Shown here: piece after piece, positions 26,556 through 36,084 of the stretch
Layout: every line of letters begins with the position of its first letter
How positions within the stretch are numbered: the first letter of the stretch is position 1
Source: Bdellovibrionales bacterium
GTDB lineage: Bacteria > Bdellovibrionota > Bdellovibrionia > Bdellovibrionales > UBA1609
Direction: 5' to 3'
DNA: 64,000 nucleotides
NCBI GenBank assembly: GCA_041690295.1
Contig: JAWLHR010000004.1
Span: forward strand, 20,919-84,918
Notes under the pieces: model-generated
Databases searched by the model: none
Told to the model about the DNA's origin: nothing
What the model saw: only the letters and a program-made list of their open reading frames with translations
Translations under genes and position numbers: made by a program

Positions 26556-29306
26556 ATGAATGTACGTTTTTTATTTGTCTGTTTGTTCGCGCTTGCGGGA
26601 TCCGTCGCTTGTCAAAAATCAGGTGGCGGCGGTGAAGTGCTTGAACCGCAAGGATCATCGGCTTGTTTGACGGTGAAATCCATTGCCGATGTGGATACCA
26701 AAAATTTGAAAATCATAAAGCAAGGAACGTCGGTTCCGGGTGATGTCGTCACCTTCCAGTTGAACCAACCGGTGGAGTGCGCGTCTGGTAAAGTCACTTG
26801 GACGGTGCAATCGAACGGTTTGGCGGAAGTGAAGAACGAAGCCGGCAAAATCGCCTCCAAGTTCAGCCGACGGGGTGAATACGTGGTGGCGGCGAATGTC
26901 GCCTTCGAAGGAAAAGATCCCCTCGAAGTGTCCACCAAAGCCGTGGTGGTGGATGGTTTGTTCCTGACCGGTCCCGCGATCGGTATGGCGGAGCTGTTAC
27001 ACCGCTTTGAGATTTTAAAGCCGGATGGGGTGACCATTACCTCGGTTCTTTGGAACTTCGGCGATGACTCGGATCAGATTTCGGATCTGGGTCCCGTGGA
27101 GCACACCTATTGGGGCGAAGGCGACTACGTTGTGACCGCGGTCGTGACACTCGCCGATGGCTCCCAAGAGACGTTGACCCACAATATTCATGTGCTGCCG
27201 CCGATGGACGGTATGGAGTGCGTGCGTGATCTCGCGATCTCCGGTCCTTCACAATTAAAAGTGAATGAAGTGGGAACCTTCTCGCTCTTTTTGCCTCAGT
27301 GTTTGAGCTGGCAGGTTCGTCAAATCCGATGGAATTTCGGAGACGGTTCATTGATGATGGTGGGAAGCCAGCTGGATCACGCCTATGATCGAGCTGGCGC
27401 GTTCACCATCCGCGTGGACCTCTTTACCGGTACGAGTCCGACTCCGCTTCTCACTCTTCGCCGCGATGTCGAGGTGACGGTGGATGGTCCGGCGCCGATT
27501 TGTGAACTTGGTGAGCAGCGAAGTTCAACCAGCGAGCCGTTCACGGAAGTCCGTGAGTGCGGCATCGGTGGTCAACAAACCATCACTTACCAAAATCGCA
27601 TCGTGGAAGAATGTCAGCTCGTCAATGACGTGGCCGACTGGGTTCATGTCTCAACCACCCGTGAAGAGGTCAGTCAGGGGCCCTGTGAAGGGCAAGCCTG
27701 TGAACTTCCCCCTGAGGCGATGGAAGGCGTGGATTTAAATCACGGCGGCTTCTTCCAGGTGGATGGCAAATGGTATATCCCCCATGGTTCAAGCAAGACT
27801 TTCTATTCCACTCGCTTGCCGGCGGAAAGTTGTCAGCAGGTGGCGCAAACCCGCTCCTGTAACAACGGCCAACTGAGCGGCTCCAGCCAACATGTCTATC
27901 TCTCTTGCTTGAATGGTTGTCCGGGTCACGGCGCCCATGGCACTGTGATCGAGAATGTGAAAACCGGCGAAGAAAATGTTCCCAAGCAGTGCAGCTTCAA
28001 TGAGCCGGGCATTTACGACCTTTTCGCCGTTGTTTCTGATAAGCGTTGTGAAGATGGACAGGTGATCACGTTCAATTCCCGCCGGGGTGACTTGATTTCA
28101 GCGGGTCAGTGCCCGGTTTATAGCTGGCAACCGACGGATTCCTGGACTCAGTGTTCAGCGGATTGCGGTGGCGAGCAACAACAGATCTTCAACTGTAAGA
28201 ATGATAAAGGTGAGCTTTCGCCGCTTGAGCGATGTACAAGCGCTCAGCCGGTCGTTACTCGTCTTTGTGACGGCAATCCCGACGCCGTTCGCCGCACGGA
28301 ACATATGACGGTGATCGAAGACTCCGGTCGCAGTGAGGCTTGTCCGAAAAACCAAATCGGTTATGTGACAAAGAAACGCGAAGTCACCACGACCACCGCG
28401 TACGCCTGTATCGATCATAAAGTGCGGGTGGAAAGCACGACGGTGACTCCCGGACCGTGGACCGAAGAGAAGTACTGTATGGCCTATGCTCCTTACCGCT
28501 GCGCGGACGACCTGCTCACCGAACTTCAGGCCCGCGGCCGCTACAATTGGATGAAAAAGTGCGCGCCGGTTTCGCCCATGATCAAACAGTTCCTGGATAC
28601 GTTTGATTGGTCGAAAGGGAAGAATCAGGATCTCACCCATAAAGGCAACATCATTTACGCGAGCTTTATGGATAGCGCCACGACCCCGCACAGATTGTGG
28701 GTGGCGCCGAGAACTTCGGGCGCATCATGTAATATTCCCTCCACGGTTTACATTTCGGCCGTTTGCGTGCTCGATTGCGCGACTCCTGAGCAGCAGGTGA
28801 TGGCGCAACACGAGGGCCGCGGACAACTGGAATACGTTCGCATGGATCAAGCTTGGCAGCGAAATTTCAAATTCCTGGCCACGTTGTTTAAAAACAGCGA
28901 TCTGAAAGGCGAGCGAGTCAAGAAGACCAAAGTGGATCGCTGGACGGAAAGCCTCGATAATCAGCACACGATCGTCGAGATGCAAATGGCTTCCGGTCGT
29001 CGCTTGCAGGTCACTCCCGGACATCCGGTGCTCTCCGACCAGGGTGTGATGAAAGAAGCCCGCGAATTCCAAGTCGGTGATTCGCTGGTTCTGTTGGGCG
29101 GACAAACGGATCAGATCGTGAAGATCTCTTCCGGCCGGGTGAATTCGCGGGTGTACAACGTTTATGTGCAATCCGATGATCCCCAGCAAAACGTGATGAT
29201 GCTCAACGGTTATCTCACGGGTACGGCGTTTTTCGTGAATGAAGGCATTAATCAGATGAACCGTCAGATCCTGCGTATGTCGCTGACACAAGGGGTGTTT
29301 GACTGA
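26556..29306 (+). CDS. lipoprotein with PKD domains, TSP1-like Cys-rich region and C-terminal Hint domain
   Basis: SVAC lipobox; WNFGD x2; WTQCSADCGG; CATPEQ..VTPGHPV..VYNV Hint blocks. Confidence 0.85.
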   Translation: MNVRFLFVCLFALAGSVACQKSGGGGEVLEPQGSSACLTVKSIADVDTKNLKIIKQGTSVPGDVVTFQLNQPVECASGKVTWTVQSNGLAEVKNEAGKIASKFSRRGEYVVAANVAFEGKDPLEVSTKAVVVDGLFLTGPAIGMAELLHRFEILKPDGVTITSVLWNFGDDSDQISDLGPVEHTYWGEGDYVVTAVVTLADGSQETLTHNIHVLPPMDGMECVRDLAISGPSQLKVNEVGTFSLFLPQCLSWQVRQIRWNFGDGSLMMVGSQLDHAYDRAGAFTIRVDLFTGTSPTPLLTLRRDVEVTVDGPAPICELGEQRSSTSEPFTEVRECGIGGQQTITYQNRIVEECQLVNDVADWVHVSTTREEVSQGPCEGQACELPPEAMEGVDLNHGGFFQVDGKWYIPHGSSKTFYSTRLPAESCQQVAQTRSCNNGQLSGSSQHVYLSCLNGCPGHGAHGTVIENVKTGEENVPKQCSFNEPGIYDLFAVVSDKRCEDGQVITFNSRRGDLISAGQCPVYSWQPTDSWTQCSADCGGEQQQIFNCKNDKGELSPLERCTSAQPVVTRLCDGNPDAVRRTEHMTVIEDSGRSEACPKNQIGYVTKKREVTTTTAYACIDHKVRVESTTVTPGPWTEEKYCMAYAPYRCADDLLTELQARGRYNWMKKCAPVSPMIKQFLDTFDWSKGKNQDLTHKGNIIYASFMDSATTPHRLWVAPRTSGASCNIPSTVYISAVCVLDCATPEQQVMAQHEGRGQLEYVRMDQAWQRNFKFLATLFKNSDLKGERVKKTKVDRWTESLDNQHTIVEMQMASGRRLQVTPGHPVLSDQGVMKEAREFQVGDSLVLLGGQTDQIVKISSGRVNSRVYNVYVQSDDPQQNVMMLNGYLTGTAFFVNEGINQMNRQILRMSLTQGVFD

Positions 29307-30001
29307 TGTCGAATGCGCGGTGGTCGACGTTTATCGCGGCTTTGGCCTTGATCATAGGGTGGGGCGTGTTTCGCTCCCCGCCACCGCCTGACATTCATCA
29401 CGAAGACGACGCTCGTCCCACGGCCGACGCCGCGAAACTTGAGCCCGTTCCGATTTTGGAGCGAACCATGGCTTCCAAGGAAGCGCCCAAAGCGGAGCGT
29501 CCCCATCGGTTCGAGTACCAATCCGAACTGGATAAGTTCCAAAGTTTAAAAAAGAAGGTTTTTCTCTCAGAAGACGAGAAAGGCGAGAGGTTGCGTATCA
29601 TTCGGGACAGCCGGTTGTTGCGCGCTCTCGGCTTGCGGTTGACCGAAACCACGATCAATCCGGAAGTCTCCGCCAGCCAGGACGCCGCCATCGACCTGCT
29701 ATTGGAAGCTCTCAAAGAGGGCGATTCACAGGTGGCGTCTGATGTCTTAAGGTCGGTGATCGAGGACCCGAAGGTGGAGGATGGGGGATTGCCCCAGGCC
29801 GTGCGGGAGCATTTGGCCGGAATCAAAGCGGAAGTGCTGTATCATTGGGCAGCTCTGATGCCTAATGAGGCTTCACGCGTTCAAAACAGCCTGCCAGGGC
29901 CCGTAAGCCGCAAGATTTGGGACCGGGTTGCCAACCGCCATGCCTCTAATGTGGCGGAATCGTTGGCTGAGGCCGCCAAGGCCGCCACCAAGGCCGACTA
30001 A
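29306..30001 (+). CDS. membrane-anchored helical hypothetical protein coupled to the Hint gene
   Basis: N-terminal TM; TGATG overlap. Confidence 0.75.
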   Translation: MSNARWSTFIAALALIIGWGVFRSPPPPDIHHEDDARPTADAAKLEPVPILERTMASKEAPKAERPHRFEYQSELDKFQSLKKKVFLSEDEKGERLRIIRDSRLLRALGLRLTETTINPEVSASQDAAIDLLLEALKEGDSQVASDVLRSVIEDPKVEDGGLPQAVREHLAGIKAEVLYHWAALMPNEASRVQNSLPGPVSRKIWDRVANRHASNVAESLAEAAKAATKAD

Positions 30002-30076
30002 TTTGCCTTTGGCGTCAAAAACTTCAAGTTGCCTATTAGCTCTGATTTAAATAGATTACACCTTCCATTTTGGCGC

Positions 30077-30153
30077 GGGGTGGTAGTTAAGTTGGTTATA
30101 ACGTCCGCCTGTCACGCGGAAGGCCGCGGGTTCGAGTCCCGTCCACCCCGCCA
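30077..30153 (+). tRNA. tRNA-Asp(GTC)
   Basis: GGGGTGG/CCACCCC acceptor stem, CTGTCAC anticodon loop, TTCGAG T-loop, encoded CCA. Confidence 0.97.
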
Positions 30154-30157
30154 ATTT

Positions 30158-30188
30158 AAAAAGCTCACCCATCGGGTGGGCTTTTTTA
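30158..30188 (+). terminator. rho-independent terminator
   Basis: AAAAAGCTCACCC-atc-GGGTGGGCTTTTTT. Confidence 0.85.
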
Positions 30189-30519
30189 ATTGTGTCGTGC
30201 GATGGGAGAGATCCCTCTGGGGCACGTGCGAATCTTGGTAGAAAAATCCACGCCACTTTAAAATCTCGACTGCATCTTTCTACCTCGTCAGACTGTGTGC
30301 AAAGGCGATACATTTTTAGGTCGCACATGCATCTCGGAATTTGAAAAGACAATCGCGGTCAAACCATACAGCCAAGTTGGGCAAGGCAAATTCAGACCAC
30401 AATGTGACCTAAATCATCCGCTCGGATTGAGGCGGCCTCTGACCCGACTTCAAAATCGACAAACAGTTTAGCAATTCATAAACTTTAAACATGGATTTAA
30501 ATATAAACGCGCATACGAT

Positions 30520-30535
30520 GGGAATATCTGTTGCA
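30520..30535 (+). promoter_or_regulatory. putative sigma54 promoter
   Basis: GGGAAT-ATCTG-TTGCA. Confidence 0.4.
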
Positions 30536-30576
30536 CGATGGGTTCAACGCAACAGAACCCAATTCAGGAAAGCCAA

Positions 30577-31902
30577 ATGCCGAGTCTCAACGTGAGAAAA
30601 TCATTCCAGTTAGTGATCTTGGCGGCGGCTTTAATTCTCACCCTTGGCGGGAACGCCTGTTTTCACCTGGCGAGGTCGGGATTTGCTCCGGCACCCGTAC
30701 CAGCATCAGGACCAGTACCGGAATCAGCATCACCAGAAGTGGCAACGCCGGCGCCAGCACCGACACCGGAGCCCCTTCGGGAACCCACGTATGGACAACC
30801 TATTGAACGGGAAGCCTTCGGCATTCGCCCGAATCACGTCTCGGCGGCACAAAAGATCGCCACAGTAAAATCCTACTTTTCCTATTGGAAGAACGCCTAC
30901 ATCAAAACTCTCGCCGGCCCCCGGGGCGGGTACTATGTGGCCATGCAAGGCGTGGGTCCCGACGGTGAAAAGTCCATCACCACATCGGAAGCCCATGGTT
31001 ACGGCATGATCATCTTCGCCTTGATGGCGGATCATGAACCCAATGCCAAACAATACTTCGATGGTCTCTTTAACGTTTTCGACAAGCACCGGAGTTCAAT
31101 GAATTCCGCCAACATGGCTTGGATTGTGACTGATCCCGATAAGGGCAGCTATAGTTCGGCGACGGACGGAGACATGGACATCGCCTACGCCCTTTTACTG
31201 GCTCACGCCAGATGGGGCTCTGGCGGTGCGATCAATTATCTGGCCGAGGCGAAAAGAACCATCCAAGAGGGGATTAAAAAAAGCGACTTCAATTCGTCCG
31301 GTCGAACAAGCCTTGGAGATTGGGATAAGGATCCCTACAATACGCGCTCTTCCGATTGGATGCCGGGACACTTTCGAGCGTATTACGCGGCCACACAAGA
31401 TGAGTTTTGGCTTTCGGCCGCGGCAAAGGTCTATCAACTGGTTCAAATCATCCAATCCAATTATTCGCCCCTGACCGGACTCATGCCCGACTTCGTGATT
31501 GGCGCTTCACCCAGGCCCGCTCCCGCCAATTATTTGGACGAGGGCACGGTCGATTTTTCATGGAACGCATGCCGAAATCCTCTTCGACTGGCGATTGACT
31601 ATGGACTTTACGGCACAGCTGAGGCGAAGACCGCGTTGATGAAAATGTCGGATTGGATCGTGCAATCCACCGGCGGCGACCCGGCTAAAATTCGGGCCGG
31701 ATACTTTTTGGATGGAAAGCCCCAAGCGAACTACAGCGCGGCCGCATTCATCGCACCGTTGGTCGCGGCGGCCACGGCTGACCAAAAATATCAATCGTTT
31801 GTAAATCGGGGATGGGACACTCTCATTAAAATGAAGTCGGATTATTATAGCGACTCAATTAATTTACTGGCTCTTCTTTATCTTTCCGATTTGTGGCGCT
31901 AG
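30577..31902 (+). CDS. glycoside hydrolase family 8 (endoglucanase/chitosanase/licheninase), exported, Pro-rich linker
   Basis: TTSEAHGYGM, SATDGDMDIAYALLLA, TRSSD, WNACR. Confidence 0.9.
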   Translation: MPSLNVRKSFQLVILAAALILTLGGNACFHLARSGFAPAPVPASGPVPESASPEVATPAPAPTPEPLREPTYGQPIEREAFGIRPNHVSAAQKIATVKSYFSYWKNAYIKTLAGPRGGYYVAMQGVGPDGEKSITTSEAHGYGMIIFALMADHEPNAKQYFDGLFNVFDKHRSSMNSANMAWIVTDPDKGSYSSATDGDMDIAYALLLAHARWGSGGAINYLAEAKRTIQEGIKKSDFNSSGRTSLGDWDKDPYNTRSSDWMPGHFRAYYAATQDEFWLSAAAKVYQLVQIIQSNYSPLTGLMPDFVIGASPRPAPANYLDEGTVDFSWNACRNPLRLAIDYGLYGTAEAKTALMKMSDWIVQSTGGDPAKIRAGYFLDGKPQANYSAAAFIAPLVAAATADQKYQSFVNRGWDTLIKMKSDYYSDSINLLALLYLSDLWR

Positions 31903-31977
31903 TAAGGCCCACGTGCCCGCGCCCCTTCGCGGCTAAAGGTTTTTTTCAATACCAGTTAAATCTGCTAAAAGCAGGAT

Positions 31978-32691
31978 GTGCGTGTCGCTCGACGGATTTT
32001 TGTTATCGTCGTCCTGGTTCTTGTGGCGGTTTCCACCTGCAGCGTGAGTCAAGCGGCGACGAAACCGCCATCAAAGAAGACCTGCGAAACCACCCTCAGT
32101 TCCCAACCGCTTCCGCAAATCAAGCCCATCATTCTTAAACCCTTAAAAAGCCTCAAAGATAATCCCAATCATCTTTTCGAGATGAAGTATGACGGCTTCA
32201 GGGCCATCGCTTATTTCGACAGGCAACGTGGCTGTCGCTTTATATCCCGAAACGGTAAAAGACTTCCTCAATTTCAAGACCTTTGTGAAGCGATCGCAAG
32301 CGAGCTGAAAATCAAAAACGCCATTTTCGATGGCGAAATCATCGCCACCGATGAATCGGGTCGGCCGATTTTTAAAAAACTGCTTCGTCGCGAAGGGCCT
32401 TTTCAGTATGTGGCCTTTGATCTCTTATGGCTTAATGGCCAAGATTTTCGCGAACTTCCGCTCGAAGAGCGTCGGCAAAAGCTCCTCAAAGTCTTACCGA
32501 AATCATCCAAAATCATCTCCGAATCACTGGCGCAAGTCGGAACTGGATCCAAGCTCTTCAACCTAATGGTTGAACACGACCTCGAAGGCATTGTGGTGAA
32601 ACGACTTAAAGACAAATATCTGCGCTCCACCAAATGGTACAAAGTCAAAAATCCAAACTATTCGCAAAACGTTGGAAGAAAGTGGCGCTAG
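31978..32691 (+). CDS. ATP-dependent DNA ligase adenylation domain with signal-like N-terminus; no OB domain
   Basis: EMKYDGFR, SRNG, DGEI, AFDLL, EGIVVK, WYKVK, then stop. Confidence 0.8.
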   Translation: MRVARRIFVIVVLVLVAVSTCSVSQAATKPPSKKTCETTLSSQPLPQIKPIILKPLKSLKDNPNHLFEMKYDGFRAIAYFDRQRGCRFISRNGKRLPQFQDLCEAIASELKIKNAIFDGEIIATDESGRPIFKKLLRREGPFQYVAFDLLWLNGQDFRELPLEERRQKLLKVLPKSSKIISESLAQVGTGSKLFNLMVEHDLEGIVVKRLKDKYLRSTKWYKVKNPNYSQNVGRKWR

Positions 32692-33071
32692 TGAAGAGCT
32701 TTCCGCGGAGACAGTTTTCTAATCTCACGCTCCAGCAGGTCTTTTAAAACCACGGCATTGTTGTGGTCCGGATCCTTCGCGGAATAAACCAAAGTTACGG
32801 TTCCTTTAGCGCCACGTTTCGCTAGATCCGAGATTAGTTCCCGAGCCGCAGGGGAGCGGAGTTCGGCCTTGTACTTTTTCTGAAAATCGCCCCACTTTTT
32901 CGGATCGTGACCAAAGCTCTTACGCAGCTCATTGCTGGGCGCTAAATCCTTTAGCCAGGCGTCAATTTCCAATTCCGATTTCTTAATACCGCGGGGCCAC
33001 AGCCGATCGATCAAAACCCGATAGCCGTCTTTCTTTTGCGAGGGCTCATAAACTCGTCTGATCTTAATCAT
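32688..33071 (-). CDS. DUF488 (YeaO-like) protein
   Basis: DGYRVLIDRLWPRG, APSNELRK, HNNAVVL. Confidence 0.9.
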   Translation of the reverse strand: MIKIRRVYEPSQKKDGYRVLIDRLWPRGIKKSELEIDAWLKDLAPSNELRKSFGHDPKKWGDFQKKYKAELRSPAARELISDLAKRGAKGTVTLVYSAKDPDHNNAVVLKDLLEREIRKLSPRKALH

Positions 33072-33149
33072 AAAGAACCTTCGAGCAATTTATATGCCCC
33101 GCCGCGAACACAATCAAGATGCGGTAAGGACATACCGGAATATGACTCA

Positions 33150-33368
33150 CTAAACCGGACCTAAGATTTCGATGTTGTTGACTATTTTTTTGACCCCCAT
33201 CAAACGGTCCAAACACCCTTCGGCGAGAATCCGTTCCTTCTGACTGCTGACTTTACCGGAAAGGGTGACGACTCCGTTTCGCACATCGACAGCCACATCA
33301 GACGCCTCTAAATCGGCGTTGTTGTCCAGGGCACGACGGATTTCATTCTTGATCTTCCTGTCCGTCAT
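33150..33368 (-). CDS. single BON domain protein
   Basis: TDRKI..V.VRNGVVTLSGKV..GVKKIVNNI. Confidence 0.75.
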   Translation of the reverse strand: MTDRKIKNEIRRALDNNADLEASDVAVDVRNGVVTLSGKVSSQKERILAEGCLDRLMGVKKIVNNIEILGPV

Positions 33369-33409
33369 GCCCAGTGAAAGTGCAAGGAAAATGCCGAGCG
33401 GAGTGTGCT

Positions 33410-33922
33410 CTAGGGGCCCTCGAAGCAATTGTACCAGCGCGATTGATTGCCGTTAGGCATGTTCAGCTTTTTATTGGTGGCGTAGGTCCCCAAATCAAGC
33501 TTAACGATCCGGGTGTAATCCGGGCTCACCCGCATGTCCAAGCGATAGACTTCGGTGCGGCCATATTCCTCTTCATAAAGTTTATCGCGCTTTAAGTAGA
33601 CCAGCCGTTGTTTAAAAAACTGAATGTGGGTTTCTCCTTCGCGGCTTCCCGGAGGAATATAGGAAAGCGGGAGGTAGGCCTCACGACCGCGTTTATCAAC
33701 AATGTAAATCTCACCGATCATGGAGCTTATTCCTGGTTCCGCGCTCAAATCACAGGCGGTGATTTCAATCTGGCAACCGCCGACCTGCAGGCGCCCTTGG
33801 AAATGATTTAGCCAATGGTGCAGTTCAACCGCTCGACGCGTATTTTGCAGATCTTTAGGGCAGGAATAAGCCCAAGCGGAACCAACCCAGAGAATCATTG
33901 CGGCTATTGCGAGGTGTTTCAT
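33410..33922 (-). CDS. exported hypothetical protein
   Basis: Signal peptide ..SAWA; coupled to upstream gene. Confidence 0.7.
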   Translation of the reverse strand: MKHLAIAAMILWVGSAWAYSCPKDLQNTRRAVELHHWLNHFQGRLQVGGCQIEITACDLSAEPGISSMIGEIYIVDKRGREAYLPLSYIPPGSREGETHIQFFKQRLVYLKRDKLYEEEYGRTEVYRLDMRVSPDYTRIVKLDLGTYATNKKLNMPNGNQSRWYNCFEGP

Positions 33923-34332
33923 TTCTTTTCGGTTTCCATATCAATTTTGCGGATTCTTAAGGAGGCGATGCGGGTTTGCAGGTCTCCGGCTTTTTGCAGT
34001 TTTTCAAGTAAGAGTTCCCGTTCACTTTCGCTCAGTCGCTCGTCCAACATGACTTTAGGAAATCCCGCCATCTTCAGTTCTTGTTCCACTTCCGATAATT
34101 GCTCACTGAGCTGAGCAATTTCTTGTTGAATTCGCTCAAGTGAGCCGTCGTTTTTATTTTGAATTTCGCTCGATTTTGTTTCGACAGTCGGCTCAGGTGA
34201 CGGTGACGGCAAAGCGGCTTGCTCGCTCGCTTGATGCGGCGGGTTCAAGGTTCCGTCGTCCGCGGGCCGTTTGTTCAACCCAATAAGAACAATCCCAATA
34301 ATAAGGACTGCAAGTGCGATGGTCTTTTTCAT
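33919..34332 (-). CDS. membrane-anchored coiled-coil hypothetical protein
   Basis: N-terminal TM, Pro-rich linker, heptads; GGGAGGG RBS. Confidence 0.7.
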   Translation of the reverse strand: MKKTIALAVLIIGIVLIGLNKRPADDGTLNPPHQASEQAALPSPSPEPTVETKSSEIQNKNDGSLERIQQEIAQLSEQLSEVEQELKMAGFPKVMLDERLSESERELLLEKLQKAGDLQTRIASLRIRKIDMETEKK

Positions 34333-34360
34333 CTAGGAATTCCCTCCCTGAGTCACGTAT

Positions 34361-34376
34361 GGCAAGCCGCATACCA
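34361..34376 (-). promoter_or_regulatory. putative sigma54 promoter (leftward)
   Basis: TGGTAT-GCGGC-TTGCC on minus strand. Confidence 0.55.
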
Positions 34377-34512
34377 TCCCCAAATAAAGCAAAACCATGT
34401 GAATTCGGATATGTCCGGACAAATTTGAAGGTTTCTTCTCATTTGCTGGACCAGAAAATTGTACGAAGAAACTGAAAGAAAGAATTAAAAGCCTCCCCGG
34501 CAAAATCGACGC

Positions 34513-34528
34513 AGGCACTCAAGTTGCT
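34513..34528 (+). promoter_or_regulatory. putative sigma54 promoter (rightward)
   Basis: AGGCAC-TCAAG-TTGCT. Confidence 0.6.
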
Positions 34529-34555
34529 ACATGGCCACCATTCGGAGGGTTCAAA

Positions 34556-36082
34556 ATGAATTTCAATAAACATGTCCTAACATCGTTGCTGGTGTTTTGC
34601 GTATCGGCGTCCGCGAAAGAAGCCGTCGATTTCACGACACCTTATATTAATCCCAAACGCGATTGCATGACCGAGGGAATGATCAATCCCCAAGGCAAAG
34701 AGTATCGCTACCTTTATAGCCGTGATTGCAAAGTCGTTCATGTGCTGCCGCCGGAACTCATGCGGCAAAACATTATTGGACAGGGGATGAACCTGGCCGC
34801 TTGTGAAGGACTTGAAAGCTCACGCCGATCCATCAAAACGCAAAATCAACTTATTGAAGAGGCGAACGCTCGGTTGCTCCGCTATGAACAGAAACTGGAG
34901 AAAGCTAAATCGAGGGTTGAAAGAGAAGCCATCGAAAAGGACATCGCCAGATTAAGAGAGCGCATTAAAGGCTATACGGAAGTGCTTCGGGATTCCGAGG
35001 CCTATCTGCAAAAATATTACGGCTCGACTCCGGGCGCGAAATTCTCGATCCTTTTGGGCGGAAATATCACTCAAAATGAAATCAATCATATCCGCGCGCT
35101 CAATCACGCGAATTTGAATCGCAAGAAAACCATTATTGATCGGGTGCGATTGCCCGACGGCACGGAAAAAGTTGAAGAAAGGGAAGTGTGGGAGATGAGC
35201 GCGCTTCGTCCCGCGACGATTGATCAGTCCATCTTCAGCTTTATTTACAATGTGCCGGGTGATGAGGGGCCGAACGGGGGGCTGATTAAAACCGATATCC
35301 CCGGCTTGGAATATCTTGGTCAAAAAGATGCCACCTATAAGGGCGTGATGCACGTGAAGGCCAATGGGCTAGTTTCGGGTCAAGTGGTCATGGCTTTAAC
35401 CGTGGCTTGTGGTCATACGAAAAAGGACGCGGATGGAAAGTTGGTTCTTAAGGAAAACACCGACCCCATGTTCACGGTGAACCGGACCTTTACGGTGCAG
35501 CAGATGTACGCTTACGGCTACACCGCCCGTTTGAACGTGGATAAAGTGGTCGAGCAAATCACCACTTTTGTTTCGACGGATACCGACAGAGGTTTCAAAA
35601 AATCCGTCGTTTTCAATCCGATCCTCAAGGCCAGTGTGGATGAGCTGGTGAGCTTTGAATGGCATCGTGAATTCGATGATGGAAAAGCGGAATCTTTTGA
35701 CAAAATTCTTGAAATCAAAAAAGCCGTGGCGGCGGACCTGGTCGATGATTACCTCGAGAGACTCGAGCAAGCCGGCCTTATCAAAAAGGATCTTGATCGA
35801 CCGGTTGATCCGGCCAAAGGCGGAAACGTCGAGGAAACCAAAACCGTCCATCGATGCTGGACTGAACGAGACGGCGGCCTCAGCGGTTTGGTTGGACGAA
35901 GACACGTTGTGTGCGGGGACTTCCCGTACAAAGTTACGGTTTGGAAAGACGGTGTGACCGAAGAAGAGGTGCGACGATCACTCACGTTACATGGCGAGAC
36001 CGTGGATACGATGACCGTCAATACGGTACACCCTTTCAGCTTCACGACAACTTTCACTAAGAAAGCCCGGAAAGGAACTTAG
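34556..36082 (+). CDS. exported coiled-coil hypothetical protein A (paralogue of 37549..38982)
   Basis: Signal peptide; YSRDCKVVHVLPP; long heptad segment; beta-rich C-terminal half. Confidence 0.8.
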   Translation: MNFNKHVLTSLLVFCVSASAKEAVDFTTPYINPKRDCMTEGMINPQGKEYRYLYSRDCKVVHVLPPELMRQNIIGQGMNLAACEGLESSRRSIKTQNQLIEEANARLLRYEQKLEKAKSRVEREAIEKDIARLRERIKGYTEVLRDSEAYLQKYYGSTPGAKFSILLGGNITQNEINHIRALNHANLNRKKTIIDRVRLPDGTEKVEEREVWEMSALRPATIDQSIFSFIYNVPGDEGPNGGLIKTDIPGLEYLGQKDATYKGVMHVKANGLVSGQVVMALTVACGHTKKDADGKLVLKENTDPMFTVNRTFTVQQMYAYGYTARLNVDKVVEQITTFVSTDTDRGFKKSVVFNPILKASVDELVSFEWHREFDDGKAESFDKILEIKKAVAADLVDDYLERLEQAGLIKKDLDRPVDPAKGGNVEETKTVHRCWTERDGGLSGLVGRRHVVCGDFPYKVTVWKDGVTEEEVRRSLTLHGETVDTMTVNTVHPFSFTTTFTKKARKGT

Positions 36083-36084
36083 TC

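Noticed and set aside
28776..29306. Canonical splicing intein
   Set aside because: No terminal His-Asn plus nucleophile and no endonuclease domain; treated as a Hedgehog/BIL-type Hint instead
30029..30352. ORFs 30029..30241 and 30056..30352
   Set aside because: They overlap tRNA-Asp and its terminator; spurious
30154..34332. Integrative element at tRNA-Asp
   Set aside because: No integrase and no duplicated tRNA 3' end found in the window
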